Positions 9,008 to 19,493 are shown, counted from the first letter of the stretch. The stretch: 64,000 nucleotides of DNA from Cenarchaeum sp. (GCA_965212015.1 OZ243037.1:1700221-1764220); one strand, 5' to 3'. A program made the numbers and translations. The notes: generated from the sequence alone by a model not told the origin.

Positions 9008-9200
9008 GTATGGTACGAGGTTTGAGGATTAATGAGGGATATTTTCACAATAAAATGGTGCATGTCGACTATTTTCTGGATTTTCTAGATGTATGATTGG
9101 GGTGAAAATCTCCAAAAAAATCACGAGTTAAATACACTTTATAGGGCAGTAAGGTTGGTTCTACAGAACTCTTTTATCATTCTATGTGATCCAGTGATTA

Positions 9201-11513
9201 TTGACTGAAAAATACTCTATTCTACTGGCAGGCATCTGCATTATTACCCTTTTTGCCATAAATACGGTAGATGCTCAACCATACAAGGGAATTCTTGTTC
9301 TGGATCCTATATCGTCCAAAATAAAGATTGGAGACACGATTGTCTTTTCGGGTCAGCTGTACACGGATTCCAGATACCCAGTATCCAATGCCGTGATCTA
9401 CATAATGGATGACGTATCTTTTGGGAAGGACAAGATAATTACAAAGACAATTACAAATAGCATTGGAGAATTCTATACAACATGGACTGCCAAACAACGG
9501 AGTAGTGGTGCATATGACATTTATGCGATATTTGATGGGGATTCAAGTGTCAATAAAGCACGAAGTGAGGAATACAAAGTTAAGGTTTCATCTTCGTCTT
9601 ATTCCGAAAAACATCCTACAACAATCAAATTGTATCGAATTCCATTATCCATCAATGCCGGAGATTCAGTCACATTTACAGGTGAGTTGACATCGAATGG
9701 ATGGCCTGTCAAGAACGCATTGATCAAAATCAAGGAAGATGATCCGGCTTTGCCTGATGAAATACTTGGATATGGCCGAACAAATTCCGATGGAATATTT
9801 TCGATCTCAAGATCCGTTGGTGCGGCGGATTTGGAAAAAAGTTTTGACGTTTATGCAGTATTTGACGGATCCAAATCATATTACAAAGATCGATCAATTA
9901 ATCAGATTATGAAAGTGTCAAAACAAGGAGGTTCGATAAAATTGGATCCACTTCAATATAGTGCCAAAGTTGGCGAAGTAATTACATTTTCAGGGACGTT
10001 ATATTTTGACAATCATTCCACAAAAGGCGCAATAGTATATATCAAAGACGAAGATGCGTTGAATCCAGATGATCTGCTTGCCACAGGCTATGTTGATCGG
10101 AATGGTAAATTTTCGGCAAATTGGTTTGCTCATCGTGTTGATCCTGACAATACCGTTGACATTTATGCTGTATTTGAGGGAAACAGCAAGATATCCAGAC
10201 TTACAACATGCGATAAAAACCCCACATTTTCGGTAGGTGGCTTATGCACCAATACGATTGATTTGATAATAAGTGGAACTGTACGTACGGATCCACCTTC
10301 AAATTATATACCTAAAAAAGATGTATACATGGAGTTAAAGTATGCTTTAAATTTCGTTGATTCTCCACATGTAGCAATAATTCCAAGTCCCGATTCATAC
10401 AATAAAGTGAAGTCACATATTGTACCAGTTATGGAAGGAATTAGAATGTGGGAATACGATATTGAACGAAAATATGGTGGAAATTGGGACATAAGTTTTG
10501 AGGTGGCAGAGAAGGGACAGGGTTTTTTTAAATCCAAGCCAGATGTTATTGTAAATTTGATTACATCAGGAGAAGCAAATCCGGTTAGATCAAAAGATGG
10601 CAGTGCATGTTCTACAGATTATTATGGTGTTGCATATTCTCGTGCACCATCGGTTAAAAAACCCGTTCAAACAATAGTCTGTTCTACCATCAAAGGCGAA
10701 CAAAGATCAAACGACGGTATTGCCGCTACTGCTGCCCATGAATTCATTCATGCAGTGGGATTGGGACACACATTCAACAAAGCCGGTGATCTGATGTGCA
10801 GCAAGGAGGACGATAAATGGACGTGTCCTCCAGTCATTAAATCTAAAAATCCGTCTGCCCTAAATCTTGATGCGGTTGTAAAAATTTATGGTCGTGATGG
10901 ATTCAAGAATCCAAACAATCATGTAACATATAAGGAAAGATTTGTATCAGGTACTTTAACTAACAATGATCAACGTGTTATGCCGAAAGTAACTATTCCT
11001 TCACAAACATTCACGTCTCTTTCAACATGGAATGACAAACAACACGGTCTGACTATAGATTATCCGAAAGGTTGGATAGTCGATTCATCGGAGGAAGACG
11101 GCGATATTGTAAGCTTTTATGACAAAAATTATGTAAATTCATATATTTCCATATATTATCAGGGTGATCCGTTAAAAGATGATATTTTGAACACTCTCAA
11201 TCAGATAGAAAGAGATTATTGCAGAAATGCCACATTCGATTATGATGGGTTTACATGTAATAACTTTGTCTTGATCGGTCAAGACATAGACCATGACATA
11301 CCGGGTTTTGATTATGTGGCAGCCATGACATATTATGTGACAAGACAATATGATGATACAGGCTCTGATCCCAAAAAAATGCTCATAATAGCATACGAAA
11401 TATCAAATGGATCGCTGGCCTATCAATTTTATTCAGAAACAAATAATGAATATACGCCGAAATATGGAAGGATATTATGGGAATCATTACAATCCTTCAA
11501 ATTTACCAGATAA
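9201..11513 (+). CDS. Secreted metzincin-type metallopeptidase with three Ig-like repeats and a C-terminal PsbP-like domain
   Basis: Signal peptide; 3 repeats of G..(I/V).F.G.L....A.I.I.D/E.D....G.F...D(I/V)YA.F.G; HEFIHAVGLGH plus Met-turn (DLMC); HGLTIDYPKGW starts a PsbP-like region; visibly AT-rich. Confidence 0.8.
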   Translation: MTEKYSILLAGICIITLFAINTVDAQPYKGILVLDPISSKIKIGDTIVFSGQLYTDSRYPVSNAVIYIMDDVSFGKDKIITKTITNSIGEFYTTWTAKQRSSGAYDIYAIFDGDSSVNKARSEEYKVKVSSSSYSEKHPTTIKLYRIPLSINAGDSVTFTGELTSNGWPVKNALIKIKEDDPALPDEILGYGRTNSDGIFSISRSVGAADLEKSFDVYAVFDGSKSYYKDRSINQIMKVSKQGGSIKLDPLQYSAKVGEVITFSGTLYFDNHSTKGAIVYIKDEDALNPDDLLATGYVDRNGKFSANWFAHRVDPDNTVDIYAVFEGNSKISRLTTCDKNPTFSVGGLCTNTIDLIISGTVRTDPPSNYIPKKDVYMELKYALNFVDSPHVAIIPSPDSYNKVKSHIVPVMEGIRMWEYDIERKYGGNWDISFEVAEKGQGFFKSKPDVIVNLITSGEANPVRSKDGSACSTDYYGVAYSRAPSVKKPVQTIVCSTIKGEQRSNDGIAATAAHEFIHAVGLGHTFNKAGDLMCSKEDDKWTCPPVIKSKNPSALNLDAVVKIYGRDGFKNPNNHVTYKERFVSGTLTNNDQRVMPKVTIPSQTFTSLSTWNDKQHGLTIDYPKGWIVDSSEEDGDIVSFYDKNYVNSYISIYYQGDPLKDDILNTLNQIERDYCRNATFDYDGFTCNNFVLIGQDIDHDIPGFDYVAAMTYYVTRQYDDTGSDPKKMLIIAYEISNGSLAYQFYSETNNEYTPKYGRILWESLQSFKFTR

Positions 11514-11722
11514 CAGTACAAATGGAAATCAAGTACAAATAAAGAGATAAATAATTTCTCTACTCTTACTATAGTTATGTACGAGATGGATATCGGGTCT
11601 GGTTATTGTATGAATATCCTGCGCCCTGTCTGATTCCACTTCCCAGTACGATTTCTCGCGTTCCCAACGTATCTGAAAAAAAGGAAGCAGAGACAGATCC
11701 ATGCACCGTGTTCTGATGCGGC

Positions 11723-12097
11723 CTAGAGCGGAATCTTTTTGCTGTTCGTAATCAGGCTTGCAGAGCGCAAAAACACGGCCCTTGCCGTCTTGCAGCCGGC
11801 GTCACACGACTCGTTTATGGGGGGACTCTTGCGATCCGGCCCCCCGGAGATGACGGCCCTGAGCAGGGGAAGCAGCGCGGCCCTTCCGCCATAGGCGGTC
11901 TTTTTGTCAATAAGCCAGAACATGTCCCGGGCGTCAGAGTCCAGAACCTCGTCGCGCAGCTGCTCGCCGAGTGCCGAATAGTGGCCCACCATCGAGAACT
12001 TGCCGCCGGACACTGCGTTTACAAGCTTTGCAAACCTTATGCACAGAACGCACCGGTCGTCGTACACCAGGACGGGTATCATCCCCATAACATCCAT
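11723..12097 (-). CDS. DCC1/DUF393-like thiol-disulfide oxidoreductase
   Basis: VLVYDDRCVLC (DxxCxxC) N-terminal motif. Confidence 0.75.
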   Translation of the reverse strand: MDVMGMIPVLVYDDRCVLCIRFAKLVNAVSGGKFSMVGHYSALGEQLRDEVLDSDARDMFWLIDKKTAYGGRAALLPLLRAVISGGPDRKSPPINESCDAGCKTARAVFLRSASLITNSKKIPL

Positions 12098-12171
12098 GCC
12101 CTGTCAGCGCAGCCGCCGAATTAATATTTTCAGAAATAGACTTTTATTCGTTATACGGGGAATAGTGCAAG

Positions 12172-13836
12172 ATGGGCCTTGACTATTATAAAATCAAAAG
12201 AAACATCCGCAAGGCGCGCAAGCTGGTAATACGCGGCACCACTGCGGCCGGATCCGGCCATCCCGGCGGCTCGTTTTCCATGGCCGAAATCATGGGCGTC
12301 CTGTTTGGAAATCACCTGAGGCATGATCCAAAAAACCCCGGCTGGGAGGACAGGGACAGGCTGGTGCTCTCAAAGGGCCACGCAGCACCCGGATTATACT
12401 CGAATCTGGCAGTGGCGGGTTTTTTTGAGGGATCCGAGCTAGAGACGCTGCGGAAATTTGGCAGCAGGCTGCAGGGGCATCCGGACCTAAAGTGTCCGGG
12501 AGTGGAATTCTGCGGCGGATCGCTTGGGATAGGACTGTCGTTTTCAATAGGCATGGCGCTTGCAGCAAAGATCGACGGCAAAGCTCACCGCATATACACT
12601 GTAATTGGTGATGGCGAGTCCGACGAGGGACAGGTGTGGGAGGCGGCAATGACTGCGGCAAAATACAAGGTGGACAATCTCACGGCGATTCTTGATAGGA
12701 ACTTTATCCAGCAGGACTCTTATACTGAAAAAATCATGCCGCTCGACGAGGAGCTAGTTGGCGACGATCTCTCAGAAATGTGGAAGGACGCATCGCGCTG
12801 GAAGACTGGCGACAAGTGGCGCTCCTTTGGGTGGAACGTAATCGAGATAGACGGCCACCGCATAGAGCAGCTAGACGGCGCGCTCCGCAGGGCGCGCGCG
12901 ACCCGCGGCGCACCGACTATAATCATTGCGCGCACCATAAAGGGCAAGGCAGTAGAGCACATGGAGGACAATCCGCAGTGGCACGGCAAGGCAGCAGACC
13001 CCGACATTGCGCCGATAATCGACGCAGAGCTTGACTGCCAGTTCATGATTGCACCCTCAATTATCGCCGGCGACATGTCAAACCTGGAAAACGAGGTGCG
13101 GCGCTGCGCAGAAGGCAGGGCAGACTATATCCACCTAGACGTGATGGACGGCCGGTTTGTCCCAAACAGTACCTTTGATCACGTGAAAATCAAGGAGCTA
13201 AGGCCGCTCACGCAAATCCCGTTTGATACGCACCTCATGATAGAGGAGCCCCAAAGGCACGTACGGGAATATGTGGAGGCAGGAAGCGACATCGTTACGG
13301 TCCATGCCGAGGCCTGCGACGAGTCAAGCTTTGGCGAGATACACGACTATCTGAGGCAGAACAAGGTGGGAGTCGGCCTTGCGATAAACCCCGGCACGGA
13401 GCTTCCCGGATGGTCGCCGCAGTTCGCGCCCACGCTAGACCAGATAATAGTAATGTCAGTAGTCCCCGGAAAATCCGGGCAAAAGTACATTGAATCATCG
13501 CACGAAAAAACATCCTCGCTGCTGGCAACGCTTGGCAGACACGGCTTTGATGGAACAATAGAGGCAGACGGGGGCGTCACGCTGGAAAACGTCGCTGCGT
13601 GCTTTGCCGACGGCGCCAGGGCGTTTGTAGGGGGCAGCTCCATAATAGGTCAGCCAGACGTCCGCGTGATGATTAGGGAGTTTCGCAGAATAATTCTCAA
13701 CGCCCGCAGAAAGCTCCTGCTGCAAAAGGCAGCCGAGCTCGGAGGAGCAGAGCTGGTACAAAAATGGATAGGCCTGCACAGGATTGGCAAGAAAAAAGTA
13801 CAGCTGGAACTGCTGGCAGAAAGGGGCACTCCATGA
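12172..13836 (+). CDS. Transketolase N-terminal subunit fused to ribulose-phosphate 3-epimerase
   Basis: SGHPGGS, LSKGHA, GDGESDEG (TPP binding), then IAPSII, HLDVMDG, DTHLMI, MSVVPG, ADGG (Rpe). Confidence 0.95.
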   Translation: MGLDYYKIKRNIRKARKLVIRGTTAAGSGHPGGSFSMAEIMGVLFGNHLRHDPKNPGWEDRDRLVLSKGHAAPGLYSNLAVAGFFEGSELETLRKFGSRLQGHPDLKCPGVEFCGGSLGIGLSFSIGMALAAKIDGKAHRIYTVIGDGESDEGQVWEAAMTAAKYKVDNLTAILDRNFIQQDSYTEKIMPLDEELVGDDLSEMWKDASRWKTGDKWRSFGWNVIEIDGHRIEQLDGALRRARATRGAPTIIIARTIKGKAVEHMEDNPQWHGKAADPDIAPIIDAELDCQFMIAPSIIAGDMSNLENEVRRCAEGRADYIHLDVMDGRFVPNSTFDHVKIKELRPLTQIPFDTHLMIEEPQRHVREYVEAGSDIVTVHAEACDESSFGEIHDYLRQNKVGVGLAINPGTELPGWSPQFAPTLDQIIVMSVVPGKSGQKYIESSHEKTSSLLATLGRHGFDGTIEADGGVTLENVAACFADGARAFVGGSSIIGQPDVRVMIREFRRIILNARRKLLLQKAAELGGAELVQKWIGLHRIGKKKVQLELLAERGTP

Positions 13837-14798
13837 CAGAGTACACCGACATGCGCTCAGAGTACGGAAAAAAGCTAGTAGAGCTGGGGCACAAAAACCC
13901 TAACATTGTCGTGCTCGGGGCGGACACTACTGACTCGCTAAAGACCGCCGGCTTTGGACGCGAATTCCCGGACAGGTTTTTCAACGTGGGAATCGCAGAA
14001 GCCAACCTGGTATCTGTCTCCGCCGGGCTTGCCATGTCCGGCAAGACTGCGTTTGCAAGCACGTATGCGATATTTGTCCCCGGAAGGGCGGTAGACCAGA
14101 TAAGAAACGCAGTGTGCTATCCGTCCCGGGGCGAGCAGAGGGGCCTTGATGTAAAGCTGGTCGTCTCCCACGGCGGCCTGTCTGTGGGCGCAGACGGGGG
14201 ATCACACCAGCAGATAGAGGACATTGCAATAATGCGCGCCATTCCCAACATGCGGGTGCTAATCCCCGCAGACACTATATCCGTAAAGTCCCTGACCTAT
14301 ACAATGTCAGAGCAGTACGGCCCGTTTTACATGCGCATGACGCGCTCAAAGACGCCGGTAATCCACCCTGAATCGCAGGATCTTGAGGTGGGAAAGGCAG
14401 TGACGCTGCGCGACGGGGCGGACTGTACGATTGCCGCCTGCGGCATTACGGTACAGATGGCGCTAGATGCGGCAGACTCGCTGGAACAACAGGGAGTCTC
14501 GTGCCGCGTGCTTGACGTATTCTCCATAAAGCCGCTGGATGCGGGCGCACTGGACAAGGCGGCAAGGGAGACTGGCGGAATCGTCACATGCGAGGAGCAC
14601 AATGTGCTCGGCGGCCTGGGCTCGGCAGTCGCAGAGACCATATCTGAGAACAGTCCGGTTCCCATCCGGCGCATAGGCGTGCAAGACAAGTTTGGCGAGT
14701 CGTGCAGGGATGATGAAATCCCGCGGCTGTTCGAAAAACACGGAATAACATCTTTTAATATAGCAGAGGCCGTACAGGAGGTAAGGGACAAGTTATGA
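13833..14798 (+). CDS. Transketolase C-terminal subunit
   Basis: FFNVGIAEANLV, GADGGSHQ, EEHNVLGGLGS; ATGA overlap with the upstream gene. Confidence 0.95.
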   Translation: MTEYTDMRSEYGKKLVELGHKNPNIVVLGADTTDSLKTAGFGREFPDRFFNVGIAEANLVSVSAGLAMSGKTAFASTYAIFVPGRAVDQIRNAVCYPSRGEQRGLDVKLVVSHGGLSVGADGGSHQQIEDIAIMRAIPNMRVLIPADTISVKSLTYTMSEQYGPFYMRMTRSKTPVIHPESQDLEVGKAVTLRDGADCTIAACGITVQMALDAADSLEQQGVSCRVLDVFSIKPLDAGALDKAARETGGIVTCEEHNVLGGLGSAVAETISENSPVPIRRIGVQDKFGESCRDDEIPRLFEKHGITSFNIAEAVQEVRDKL

Positions 14799-15442
14799 AG
14801 ATATTTCTTGACACGGCAAATCTTGACTCTATTCGCAAGTACAACGACATGAACCTGCTGGACGGAATCACGACAAACCCGTCGCTTCTGTACCGGGAGG
14901 GCGGGGATCCAAAGCAGATAATGAAAGAGATTACGGGAATGGTGCGCGGCGACATCAGCCTCGAGGTCCTCAGCGTGGATTACGAGGGGATGGTAAAAGA
15001 GGGAAAAAAACTGCGCGAGTACGGCGAGAACGTGGTGGTAAAGTGCCCAATGACTGCGGCGGGACTAAAGGCCTGCAAGGAGCTAAGCTCGCAGGGAATC
15101 CCGGTAAACATTACGCTAATCTTTTCTGCCAACCAGGCGATTCTTGCGGCAAAGTCCGGCGCAAAATACGTCAGCCCGTTTATTGGCAGGCTCGATGACA
15201 TCGGTCAGGACGGCATGGCCCTGATCCGGGACATCAAGCAGATATTCTCAAACTATACATTTTCCACGCAGATTCTCGTTGCAAGCATACGGCACCCGCT
15301 GCACGTAGTCGATGCGGCAAGGATTGGTGCCGACGTCGTGACGCTGCCGCCGGCCGTACTGGAAAAGATGCTGGCCCACCCGCTGACTGACATTGGCCTA
15401 AAGAACTTTTTGGCGGACTGGGAAAAGCTAAAGACCGGCTAG
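14795..15442 (+). CDS. tal: Transaldolase (Fsa/TalC type)
   Basis: FLDTAN, GITTNPSL, VVKCP, YVSPFIGRLDD, ASIRHP. Confidence 0.95.
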   Translation: MKIFLDTANLDSIRKYNDMNLLDGITTNPSLLYREGGDPKQIMKEITGMVRGDISLEVLSVDYEGMVKEGKKLREYGENVVVKCPMTAAGLKACKELSSQGIPVNITLIFSANQAILAAKSGAKYVSPFIGRLDDIGQDGMALIRDIKQIFSNYTFSTQILVASIRHPLHVVDAARIGADVVTLPPAVLEKMLAHPLTDIGLKNFLADWEKLKTG

Positions 15443-15759
15443 ACGCCGAGGCTTTCGGCCTTTGTGAGCTCCACGAACACCTTGTCGCCCACTGACAGGT
15501 TCATCTGCTTGTACTCGTGCATGTCGAGCTTTATGGCAGTGACCCCGCCTGACATCCCGCCTGCGCCTGCGAACATTTTGTTTATGTCCTTCATCATGTC
15601 GTTCATGTTTGTAAAGCCCATGACCTTCGGGCCGCCAAAGGGCGACTGGGGCTGCTTCATTCCCTCCTGCATCTCCTTTGCCGAGGACAGCGAGACTGTC
15701 ACGTACGGGGATCCGTCCGGCGAGGCATCTATGCTCTTTACGATATACTCCTTTTTCAT
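15439..15759 (-). CDS. Conserved thaumarchaeal hypothetical protein
   Basis: MKKEYIVKSIDASPDGSPYV...IKLDMHEYKQMNLSVGDKV; ATG 15759 preferred. Confidence 0.75.
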   Translation of the reverse strand: MKKEYIVKSIDASPDGSPYVTVSLSSAKEMQEGMKQPQSPFGGPKVMGFTNMNDMMKDINKMFAGAGGMSGGVTAIKLDMHEYKQMNLSVGDKVFVELTKAESLGV

Positions 15760-15877
15760 GCTAATGTGGATATTTCCCGATATTTTAAACTTCAAACCGC
15801 GCTGCGGCGGCCCGTCCGGCGTGCGGGTTATATCATTATCCGGCCTGCTTTTATCCCAAAACCCCCCGACCAATGCC

Positions 15878-16069
15878 ATGAAAAGCGACGAAAAGAGATC
15901 GCACCGCCTCAACTTTCTCCTGCGGTGCTATCTGCAAAACCCCGCCGAGCGCGAGCTATACAGGCGGGCAAAGCAGATGGGCGTCTCTGACTCGACTGCC
16001 CGGGACTATATGAGAACGGTGATAATCCAGGCAAGAAAGATCGCCCTTGGTTCGCGCCGCACCCGATGA
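15878..16069 (+). CDS. Small basic helical protein (63 aa), possible HTH
   Basis: C-terminal part of track ORF 15464..16069 from ATG 15878: MKSDEKRSHRLNFLLRCYL..GVSDSTARDYMRTV. Confidence 0.65.
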   Translation: MKSDEKRSHRLNFLLRCYLQNPAERELYRRAKQMGVSDSTARDYMRTVIIQARKIALGSRRTR

Positions 16070-16108
16070 GTGCCAGTTACATTGTATATATAAAGCGGGA
16101 ACCGAGCC

Positions 16109-17899
16109 GTGCCCATGACGCATAGGGTGGCGGTGCTAGACGGGGATTTGTGCCAGCCAAAAAAATGCGGCCTCGAGTGCATAAAGTACTGCCCGGTAAA
16201 CAAGTCCGGCGCCGACTGTATAGTGCTAAACGAGGAGACAAACAAGGCGCAGATTGACGAGGACATTTGCAATGGCTGCGGGATATGCGTAAAGGTCTGC
16301 CCGTTTGACGCAATAACAATAGTAAACCTGGCATCGGAGCTTGCAACTGACAAGGTGCACCAGTACGGGCAAAACTCGTTTCGACTGTACCGGCTGCCGA
16401 CCCCGAAAAAGGGGCAGGTCGTGGGACTGCTTGGGCGCAACGGCATGGGCAAGAGCACGGTGGTAAACATACTGTCCGGAAGCCTAAAGCCGAACCTCGG
16501 GCGGTATGATGACGCCCCAGAATGGGACGACATACTGGATTACTATGGCGGCACCGAGCTAAAGTCCCACTTTGCAAGTATTAGGGACGGGCAAATCAGG
16601 GCGTCGATAAAGCCGCAGCAGGTGTACAATGTGGCGCAGGCATTTGACGGAACCGGCGGGGAGCTGATCGAAAAGTACGATCAAAGGGGGGCGGCAAGGC
16701 AGCTAGTCGAGCGGCTGGGACTGCAAAACGCAATGGATCATAACATAAAGGAGCTAAGCGGCGGCGAGCTGCAGAGGATAGCAGTAGCGGTGACTGCGGC
16801 AAGGGACGCCGAGTTTTACTTTTTTGACGAGCCGTCGTCGTACAATGACGTGTTTCAGAGGTCGGGGGTGGCAAGGGTGATACACGACCTGGCAAGGATG
16901 GGAAAAAGCGTGATGGTAGTGGAGCACGACCTGACGCTGCTTGACTATCTGAGCGACTATATCGAGGTGCTGTACGGGGAGCCTGCCGCATACGGGATTG
17001 TCTCTAGCGTTCTTTCCACAAAGGTAGGCATCAATGTGTTTCTGGACGGGTACCTGCCGAGTGAAAACGTGCGCTTTCGCGACAAACAGTTCACATTTGA
17101 TGTCTCATCATCGACTGACGAGTTTCAGGAGGGCACGCCGATAATCACATACCCGTACATGGAAAAAAAATACCCGGCATTTTCCGTAAGCATAGAGTCC
17201 GGCCAGGTCAGGCAGGGCGAGGTGCTCGGGATAATGGGCGCCAACGCCCTTGGCAAGACCACCGTAATGAAGCTGCTGACCGGAGTCGAAAAGCCCGATT
17301 CCGGAAAAATCGACAAGACAGTAAGGATATCATACAAGCCGCAGTACCTCCAGAACGACACGGACGTGGAGGTCGTATCCGTGCTGGACCGGGCAAACGG
17401 CGGGCCCGTCGAGGGAAGCCTGGAAGAGGAGCAGACAATCGATCACCTGGGGATCAAAAAGCTGTACAACAAGCAGGTCAGAAACCTTTCTGGCGGCGAG
17501 CTGCAAAAGGTGGCCATTGCCTCGTGCCTGCTGCAGGAGGCAGACGTGTATGCGCTAGACGAGCCGTCGGCGTTTCTGGACGTGGAGGACCGCATAGTGA
17601 TTGCAAAATTCATCCAAAAGTTCGTCCGCTCCTTTGCAAAGTCCGCAATAGTGATTGACCACGACATTCAGCTGATGGACCTGATATCTGACTCGATGGT
17701 AATGTTCGAGGGACAGTCCGGAGTGCGCGGCTGCGCCACGGCGCCCATGAGCAAGGCAGACGCCATGAACCGGTTTCTAAGGTCCCTTGGCATCTCATTT
17801 AGGCGCGACGAAAGGTCGATGAGGCCCAGGGTGAACAAGGCAGACAGCAGGCTGGACAAGCAGCAAAAGCAGGCGGGAAACTTTTACTATCGGAATTGA
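16109..17899 (+). CDS. rli: Ribosome recycling ATPase ABCE1/Rli1
   Basis: N-terminal 2x[4Fe-4S] Cys motifs and two ABC domains (GRNGMGKS, LSGGELQ). Confidence 0.97.
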   Translation: MPMTHRVAVLDGDLCQPKKCGLECIKYCPVNKSGADCIVLNEETNKAQIDEDICNGCGICVKVCPFDAITIVNLASELATDKVHQYGQNSFRLYRLPTPKKGQVVGLLGRNGMGKSTVVNILSGSLKPNLGRYDDAPEWDDILDYYGGTELKSHFASIRDGQIRASIKPQQVYNVAQAFDGTGGELIEKYDQRGAARQLVERLGLQNAMDHNIKELSGGELQRIAVAVTAARDAEFYFFDEPSSYNDVFQRSGVARVIHDLARMGKSVMVVEHDLTLLDYLSDYIEVLYGEPAAYGIVSSVLSTKVGINVFLDGYLPSENVRFRDKQFTFDVSSSTDEFQEGTPIITYPYMEKKYPAFSVSIESGQVRQGEVLGIMGANALGKTTVMKLLTGVEKPDSGKIDKTVRISYKPQYLQNDTDVEVVSVLDRANGGPVEGSLEEEQTIDHLGIKKLYNKQVRNLSGGELQKVAIASCLLQEADVYALDEPSAFLDVEDRIVIAKFIQKFVRSFAKSAIVIDHDIQLMDLISDSMVMFEGQSGVRGCATAPMSKADAMNRFLRSLGISFRRDERSMRPRVNKADSRLDKQQKQAGNFYYRN

Positions 17900-18732
17900 C
17901 GCGGATGCTAAGACGGGCGCTGGAGGGCGTCCTCACAAAAGAGGAGGGCGACGAGCTGTATTCTGCCTTTGATCAGATTGGTGATATTATCGTGGTGCGC
18001 ATCCCCGAGTCGCTAGAGTCGCGTAAGAAAATCATAGGCCGGACGCTGCTCGAGGAGGTAAGGCCGGCCAGATCCGTGTACTGCCAGTCATCTGACGTGC
18101 GGGGAAGCCACAGGACCCGGGATCTGGAGCTGCTTGCGGGAGAGGAGGGCACGCAGACAGAGTACCGCGAGCACGGCTGCAGGTTTGCAGTGGACGTGGA
18201 GAGGGCGTTTTTCTCGCCGAGGCTGTCCACTGAGAGGGGGAGGATTGCGGATCTGGTCTGCGACGGCGAGACCATAGTCAACATGTTTGCAGGAGTCGGC
18301 ACATTCTCGATAGTTGCGGCAAAAACAAAGGCGTGCTGCGTGTACAGCATGGACCTCAACCCCGTTGCCTCCGCACTCTGCGAGAAAAACATTTCGCAAA
18401 ACAAACTGGCCGGATCCGTCGTGTCAATCAACGGCGATGCAGCAGAGCTAGTCGGCGCGCGATTCCGTGACGCAGGCGACCGGACGCTGATGCTGCTGCC
18501 GGAAAGATCCGACGAGTTCCTCCAGTGTGCCGTCGATGCGACAAAAAGCGGCGGGACCATACACTATTACTCGCACGTGCATGCTGATGCAAAAAAGGAC
18601 GCAGCCAGGCTCTCTGAGGAGCACTATATGGGGATTGTCCCGGTGGAATCAAAAATAGTCAGCTCAAGAATAGTCCGGGCGGTGGGGACCAGGTACTACC
18701 AGACAGTGGTGGACGCAACGATACAAAAATAG
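17896..18732 (+). CDS. Trm5/Taw2-family tRNA SAM-dependent transferase
   Basis: FDQIGDII, FFSPRLSTER, NMFAGVG. Confidence 0.9.
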   Translation: MTRMLRRALEGVLTKEEGDELYSAFDQIGDIIVVRIPESLESRKKIIGRTLLEEVRPARSVYCQSSDVRGSHRTRDLELLAGEEGTQTEYREHGCRFAVDVERAFFSPRLSTERGRIADLVCDGETIVNMFAGVGTFSIVAAKTKACCVYSMDLNPVASALCEKNISQNKLAGSVVSINGDAAELVGARFRDAGDRTLMLLPERSDEFLQCAVDATKSGGTIHYYSHVHADAKKDAARLSEEHYMGIVPVESKIVSSRIVRAVGTRYYQTVVDATIQK

Positions 18733-18951
18733 TCACTCGTCTGACGTGATGGACGACTGCGAGGGCCTCGTGGTGGCCATAGAGTACCCTATCCACGATA
18801 TGACTCCCAGCACGCCGCCGGCAATCATCAGCACGGAGAGCTGCAGCACTATGGGGCTCCATTCTGAGAACATTAGCAGGTACGCATAAAGGAAAAACCC
18901 AGCAATGCACGCAACAAAGATGAGAATTCCCGTCGTCTTGCGCGCATCCAT
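18733..18951 (-). CDS. Small two-TM membrane protein
   Basis: Two hydrophobic helices and a WIGYSMATT motif. Confidence 0.75.
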   Translation of the reverse strand: MDARKTTGILIFVACIAGFFLYAYLLMFSEWSPIVLQLSVLMIAGGVLGVISWIGYSMATTRPSQSSITSDE

Positions 18952-18992
18952 GGGGTGCCTGCCGGCGCAATATTATTAATTGTTTTTTCTCT

Positions 18993-19493
18993 CTAGTACG
19001 AGAATTCCTTGGCCATGCAATAGGCGTCCTCGCCGTCGCGATAGTACGTCTTTAGCCTCTGCCTGATATCAAAGCCCATGCCCTCGTACAGGCCGACTGC
19101 GTCGTTGTTGCTGCACCTCACCTCGAGGTACAGCTCGTCGCACTTTTTAATCTGCGCGCCCTTGAGTGCCTCCTCCACCAGCGCCCTGCCTATGCCCCTC
19201 TTTCTGAACCCGTCTAGAACGGCGACAGATACGAGGTGGCCCTTTTTTACAAACCCGAGCTTTTTAAAGCTCGAAAAGCCGTACTCTGTCTTGCACATTA
19301 TGTATCCGACTGCCTTGCCTGCAACCTGGCCCACCAGAAAGGCCTCGGGCATCTCGGCAAGAAGGCTCTCGTAGAAATAGTCCGAATAGTGCTCCGGCAG
19401 CGTCTTTAGGTTTATCTCCATTACCGGTATGAGATCGCACGGCTCGACGCGCTTGATGAGGCAGCCGCCCACCTGCCGCAGTATGACTTGCAT
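18993..19493 (-). CDS. rimI: RimI/Ard1-type N-terminal acetyltransferase
   Basis: INLKTLPEHY, GHLVSVAV, RKRGIG, LEVRCSN, YYRDGEDA. Confidence 0.92.
   Translation of the reverse strand: MQVILRQVGGCLIKRVEPCDLIPVMEINLKTLPEHYSDYFYESLLAEMPEAFLVGQVAGKAVGYIMCKTEYGFSSFKKLGFVKKGHLVSVAVLDGFRKRGIGRALVEEALKGAQIKKCDELYLEVRCSNNDAVGLYEGMGFDIRQRLKTYYRDGEDAYCMAKEFSY

Noticed and set aside
8912-11639. GTGGAATC / GATTCCAC inverted match at the edges of the peptidase island
   Set aside because: Only 8 bp, no TSD; compatible with chance.
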